Assembly: GCA_005879505.1 (NCBI GenBank)
Contig: VBKQ01000140.1
Coordinates: forward strand, 1-37,276
Direction of reading: 5' to 3'
Source: Deltaproteobacteria bacterium
Lineage (GTDB): Bacteria > Myxococcota > Myxococcia > Myxococcales > 40CM-4-68-19
DNA: 37,276 bases
Made by a program: the position numbers and the translations under genes
Part shown: positions 34,810 to 37,276 of the stretch, piece by piece
How the letters are laid out: each line of letters starts with the position of its first letter
How positions within the stretch are numbered: the first letter of the stretch is position 1
The notes under the pieces: generated by a model
The model's database searches: none
What the model saw: the letters and a program-made list of their open reading frames with translations, nothing else
What the model was told of the DNA's origin: nothing

Positions 34810-36987
34810 TCAGTGCGTTGCCATGGTCAGGCGCGTGCACGTCTCGGGAGCCGGTTGCCAGCTGGGTGAGACGCGATCGGGCCCGCACAGCATCCGCAGC
34901 ACCCGGAGCCGCTGATCGGCCAAAGTCGCGTCGAGCGTACGGAGCGCATCCTGGAAATCGGGTCGGAGCACCAGCCGGCGCGCGATCGGTAGATCCAGGT
35001 CGGCCCGCGAGCCGGTGAAGGTCGCCAGGTTTGCCACGAATAGCGCCACCGCCTCCTGGTCGCGCCCATCGTATGCGGCCAGCACCGCACGCGCGAAGTC
35101 GACGTGGTCGCCCGCAACTCCGGAACGCCGCGCCAGTTCAATCATCTTCTCGGCGCGATCCCGATACCGAATCGCCTCGTCCCTGTTTCCGACCGCGCGT
35201 GCTGCATCCGCCATCATCAGCAGGAGATCGGAAGACAAGCCGGCCGCGCCCTCGCTCTGCTTCCACAAGCGGGCCGCCAATGCTGCTGCCTCTGCGGTCC
35301 GGCCGGCGCCATAGACCGCCCAGAAGAGCCGCCGCGTAGTCTCGGGAAGATCCGGTTCCTTTTCGGCGGCGCTCCGGGCCGCTTGCAGGGCGCCCGCGCG
35401 ATCGCCGAGCGCCGAAAGGACCTTGACGTTACCCGCACCTCCCGCTCGGAGTGCCTCCTCGCGCAGCCCGAGCTGAGCAAACACCTCGGCAAGGTCCGCA
35501 CCTGCTCTGTCCCGCCCGAGTCGCACGGCCCGCAGGAAGTGGCGCGCTGACTCCGGCCGGTCGCCGCGGCCCAGGGCCAGAGTTCCGAGGGTCCACTCGC
35601 TCCAGCCCTCGTCGAGGGCGCGGAGGCGATCCAGCACTCCCGCGATTTCGGACGTGCGGCCGAAGGCCTGCAGCGTGGGTGCGTAGTTGTGCAACGCGAT
35701 CTTCGAAAGAGGATCGACCTTTACCGCTTCCGCGGCGGCTGCCAGAGTCTGGTCGTAGCGGCCGAGGGCTTCGAGCGCCATCGCGCGCCAGTTGCGTACC
35801 TCGCCGTTGCTCGGGTTGATGGCGAGCGATCGGTCGTAGAGCTCGAGCGCACGCTGGAAGTGGCCCGCGAACGATTCGGCGAGGCCGGCGGCGGCGAGCA
35901 CCTCGACCTGGTCGGGTGCCAGTTCGCGCGCCTTGTCGAGCGCCGGCCGGGCCTTGGCGATCGCCTCGCTCATCGGGACATCGCCATAGGTAGTGTCCCC
36001 GCGGCCGAGAAGGAGCGTCGCGATCGCCATGTCGGCGTAGGCGGGAGCAAAGCCCGGCGCGAGGGCCGTCGCCTTGCGGAAACTTGCGATCGCCGCCTCC
36101 ATCGAAGCGCGGTTCCGCTCGTTCAGCTGGTGCCGGCCCAGCAGGTACGCCTCGTATGCCTCGGGGTTGGTGGTCGCGCCGACCTGCGCTGAGGGGGCGC
36201 GGTCCGGGGGCACCAGCTGCACCTTGAGCGCTCCTGCGATGTCCGCCGAGATCTCGTCCTCGACCGCGAAGACGTCCGACAGGCTGCGCTCGTAGGTCCG
36301 CGACCAGAGGTGATATCCGTCGGACGCGGAGACGAGTTGGGCGGTGATGCGGACCTTGCCGCCCGCCTTGCGCACGCTTCCTTCGAGGAGGTTCGCCACT
36401 CGCAGCGATGCGCCGATCTTCGCCACGTCCTGCGCCTGGCCCTTGAAGGCGAAGGAGGAGGTCCGCGCCGGCACCCGCAGGCCGGGGATGCCGGCCAGAG
36501 CGTTGAGGATTTCCTCGGAGAGGCCGTCCGAGAAGTACTCGTTGCTGGGATCGTCGCTCATGTTCACGAAGGGCAAGACGGCGACGGATGCCGCGGTCGC
36601 GCCCGCCGACGAGGAGGCGACTACTGTCGGAGGCCCGCCGCGCACGAGATAATAGAGGACCGCCGGGGAGGCGAGGAGCAGTCCGACGGCGACGAGCACG
36701 AGCGCGCGATAGGCGCGGGCGCTCGGCTTGGCGCTGACACCCGCCGGCGCCGGCGTGCGCTCAATGCCACGCGGACTGATGTCGTAGGCCCAAGCAAGCA
36801 GGAGCGTGACGGGTAGGCCAAGTCCCAGGCCGATCACCACGGCCTTGAGTACCCACTCGGGCAGCGCGAGGCCGTGCATGACCGGCTCGATCACCTGGAG
36901 GATGGCGAAGGCGGCGATGGCATAAGTCACCAGCGCGCGGAAGACCCGCCTCCGCTTGAGCTCTTGCAACCAGATCGAGAGCTTCAC
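34810..36987 (-). CDS. membrane-anchored TPR-repeat protein with TolB-N/CsgG-like periplasmic module
   Basis: The N-terminus RRRVFRALVTYAIAAFAILQVIEPV plus a second TM is followed by VAVLPFVNMSDDPSNEYFSDGLSEEILNALAGIPGLRV...YLLEGSVRK-type module and then multiple TPR repeats. Confidence 0.88.
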   Translation of the reverse strand: MKLSIWLQELKRRRVFRALVTYAIAAFAILQVIEPVMHGLALPEWVLKAVVIGLGLGLPVTLLLAWAYDISPRGIERTPAPAGVSAKPSARAYRALVLVAVGLLLASPAVLYYLVRGGPPTVVASSSAGATAASVAVLPFVNMSDDPSNEYFSDGLSEEILNALAGIPGLRVPARTSSFAFKGQAQDVAKIGASLRVANLLEGSVRKAGGKVRITAQLVSASDGYHLWSRTYERSLSDVFAVEDEISADIAGALKVQLVPPDRAPSAQVGATTNPEAYEAYLLGRHQLNERNRASMEAAIASFRKATALAPGFAPAYADMAIATLLLGRGDTTYGDVPMSEAIAKARPALDKARELAPDQVEVLAAAGLAESFAGHFQRALELYDRSLAINPSNGEVRNWRAMALEALGRYDQTLAAAAEAVKVDPLSKIALHNYAPTLQAFGRTSEIAGVLDRLRALDEGWSEWTLGTLALGRGDRPESARHFLRAVRLGRDRAGADLAEVFAQLGLREEALRAGGAGNVKVLSALGDRAGALQAARSAAEKEPDLPETTRRLFWAVYGAGRTAEAAALAARLWKQSEGAAGLSSDLLLMMADAARAVGNRDEAIRYRDRAEKMIELARRSGVAGDHVDFARAVLAAYDGRDQEAVALFVANLATFTGSRADLDLPIARRLVLRPDFQDALRTLDATLADQRLRVLRMLCGPDRVSPSWQPAPETCTRLTMATH

Positions 36988-37150
36988 GGGCGCCTCGATT
37001 CGTGCCCCGCATCTTAACGCCCCGCCGGCGTGCCAGCAGCATTCTCGACGCGCTCGTGAGACGCTAAGCTTTCTTTGCCGCGGCGGCCTGGTGCTTCTTG
37101 AGCATCTTCTCGTGATCTGATCAAGCGCGCGGTACCGAGAGAGCGGCAGC

Positions 37151-37276
37151 TGTCGTTGGCCAAAACTCGATCGCGGCGCTTGAGTCCACGGCGATCTGTG
37201 CCTGTGATCGAGCCTGCCGTCGTGTGGTGGGTGCAGGGAGCTGACCGTGAGCGGGCGTTGACAGCACTGCCGGCGG
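37151..37276 (-). mobile_element. second copy of the IS481-like element (first 126 bp; continues past the right edge)
   Basis: It aligns with 33401-33532 in the same orientation from the exact TGTCG terminus. Differences are a 1-nt indel, a 7-nt indel and three substitutions. Confidence 0.8.

Noticed and set aside
33401-37276. Calling the IS-TPR-IS unit a composite transposon
   Set aside because: No target-site duplications are visible, the second copy is incomplete in the window and the copies have diverged. It is reported only as a flanked arrangement.

Overview
High-GC bacterial chromosomal window (about two-thirds G+C by eye, not computed). Gene content looks like a soil Acidobacteriota/Myxococcota-type organism, but taxonomy cannot be fixed from this sequence. 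Layout: (1) 1-4.9 kb, a minus-strand operon behind a clear cobalamin riboswitch: btuB-like TonB-dependent receptor, beta-propeller lipoprotein, cobT, cobS. (2) 4.9-5.8 kb, a decayed integration hotspot with 3' halves of initiator tRNA-Met and a split excisionase-type HTH remnant; there is no intact tRNA. (3) 6.1-7.9 kb, an ECF sigma with a small soluble ZAS anti-sigma, divergent from a peroxiredoxin-like gene. (4) 7.9-14 kb, a ClC channel and a tiny membrane protein among truncated or frameshifted gene pieces (NHL-repeat, CPA2 antiporter-USP, class III cyclase, flavin monooxygenase). (5) 14.1-28.5 kb is the most interesting part. It is an almost fully co-directional envelope cluster: a second ECF sigma with a membrane ZAS anti-sigma, two paralogous vanadium-haloperoxidase-like lipoproteins, a catalase-AnkB pair, a second ankyrin protein, several secreted or lipoprotein unknowns, a TIGR03118 beta-propeller, a divergent NOX/FRE-type transmembrane flavocytochrome and an orphan receiver. 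These units are linked by a recurring GGAAT-N17/18-GTC promoter-like motif, three times as an ATTCC-N4-GGAAT palindrome. (6) 28.5-31.6 kb, a junkyard: IS630 transposase remnant, intact alpha/beta hydrolase, tyrosine recombinase remnant. (7) 31.6-37.3 kb, a B-repeat lipoprotein, then a TPR membrane protein flanked by two direct copies of an IS481-like element. No rRNA, intact tRNA or CRISPR array was seen. Many long ORFs in the track are antisense or out-of-frame shadow ORFs typical of high-GC DNA.
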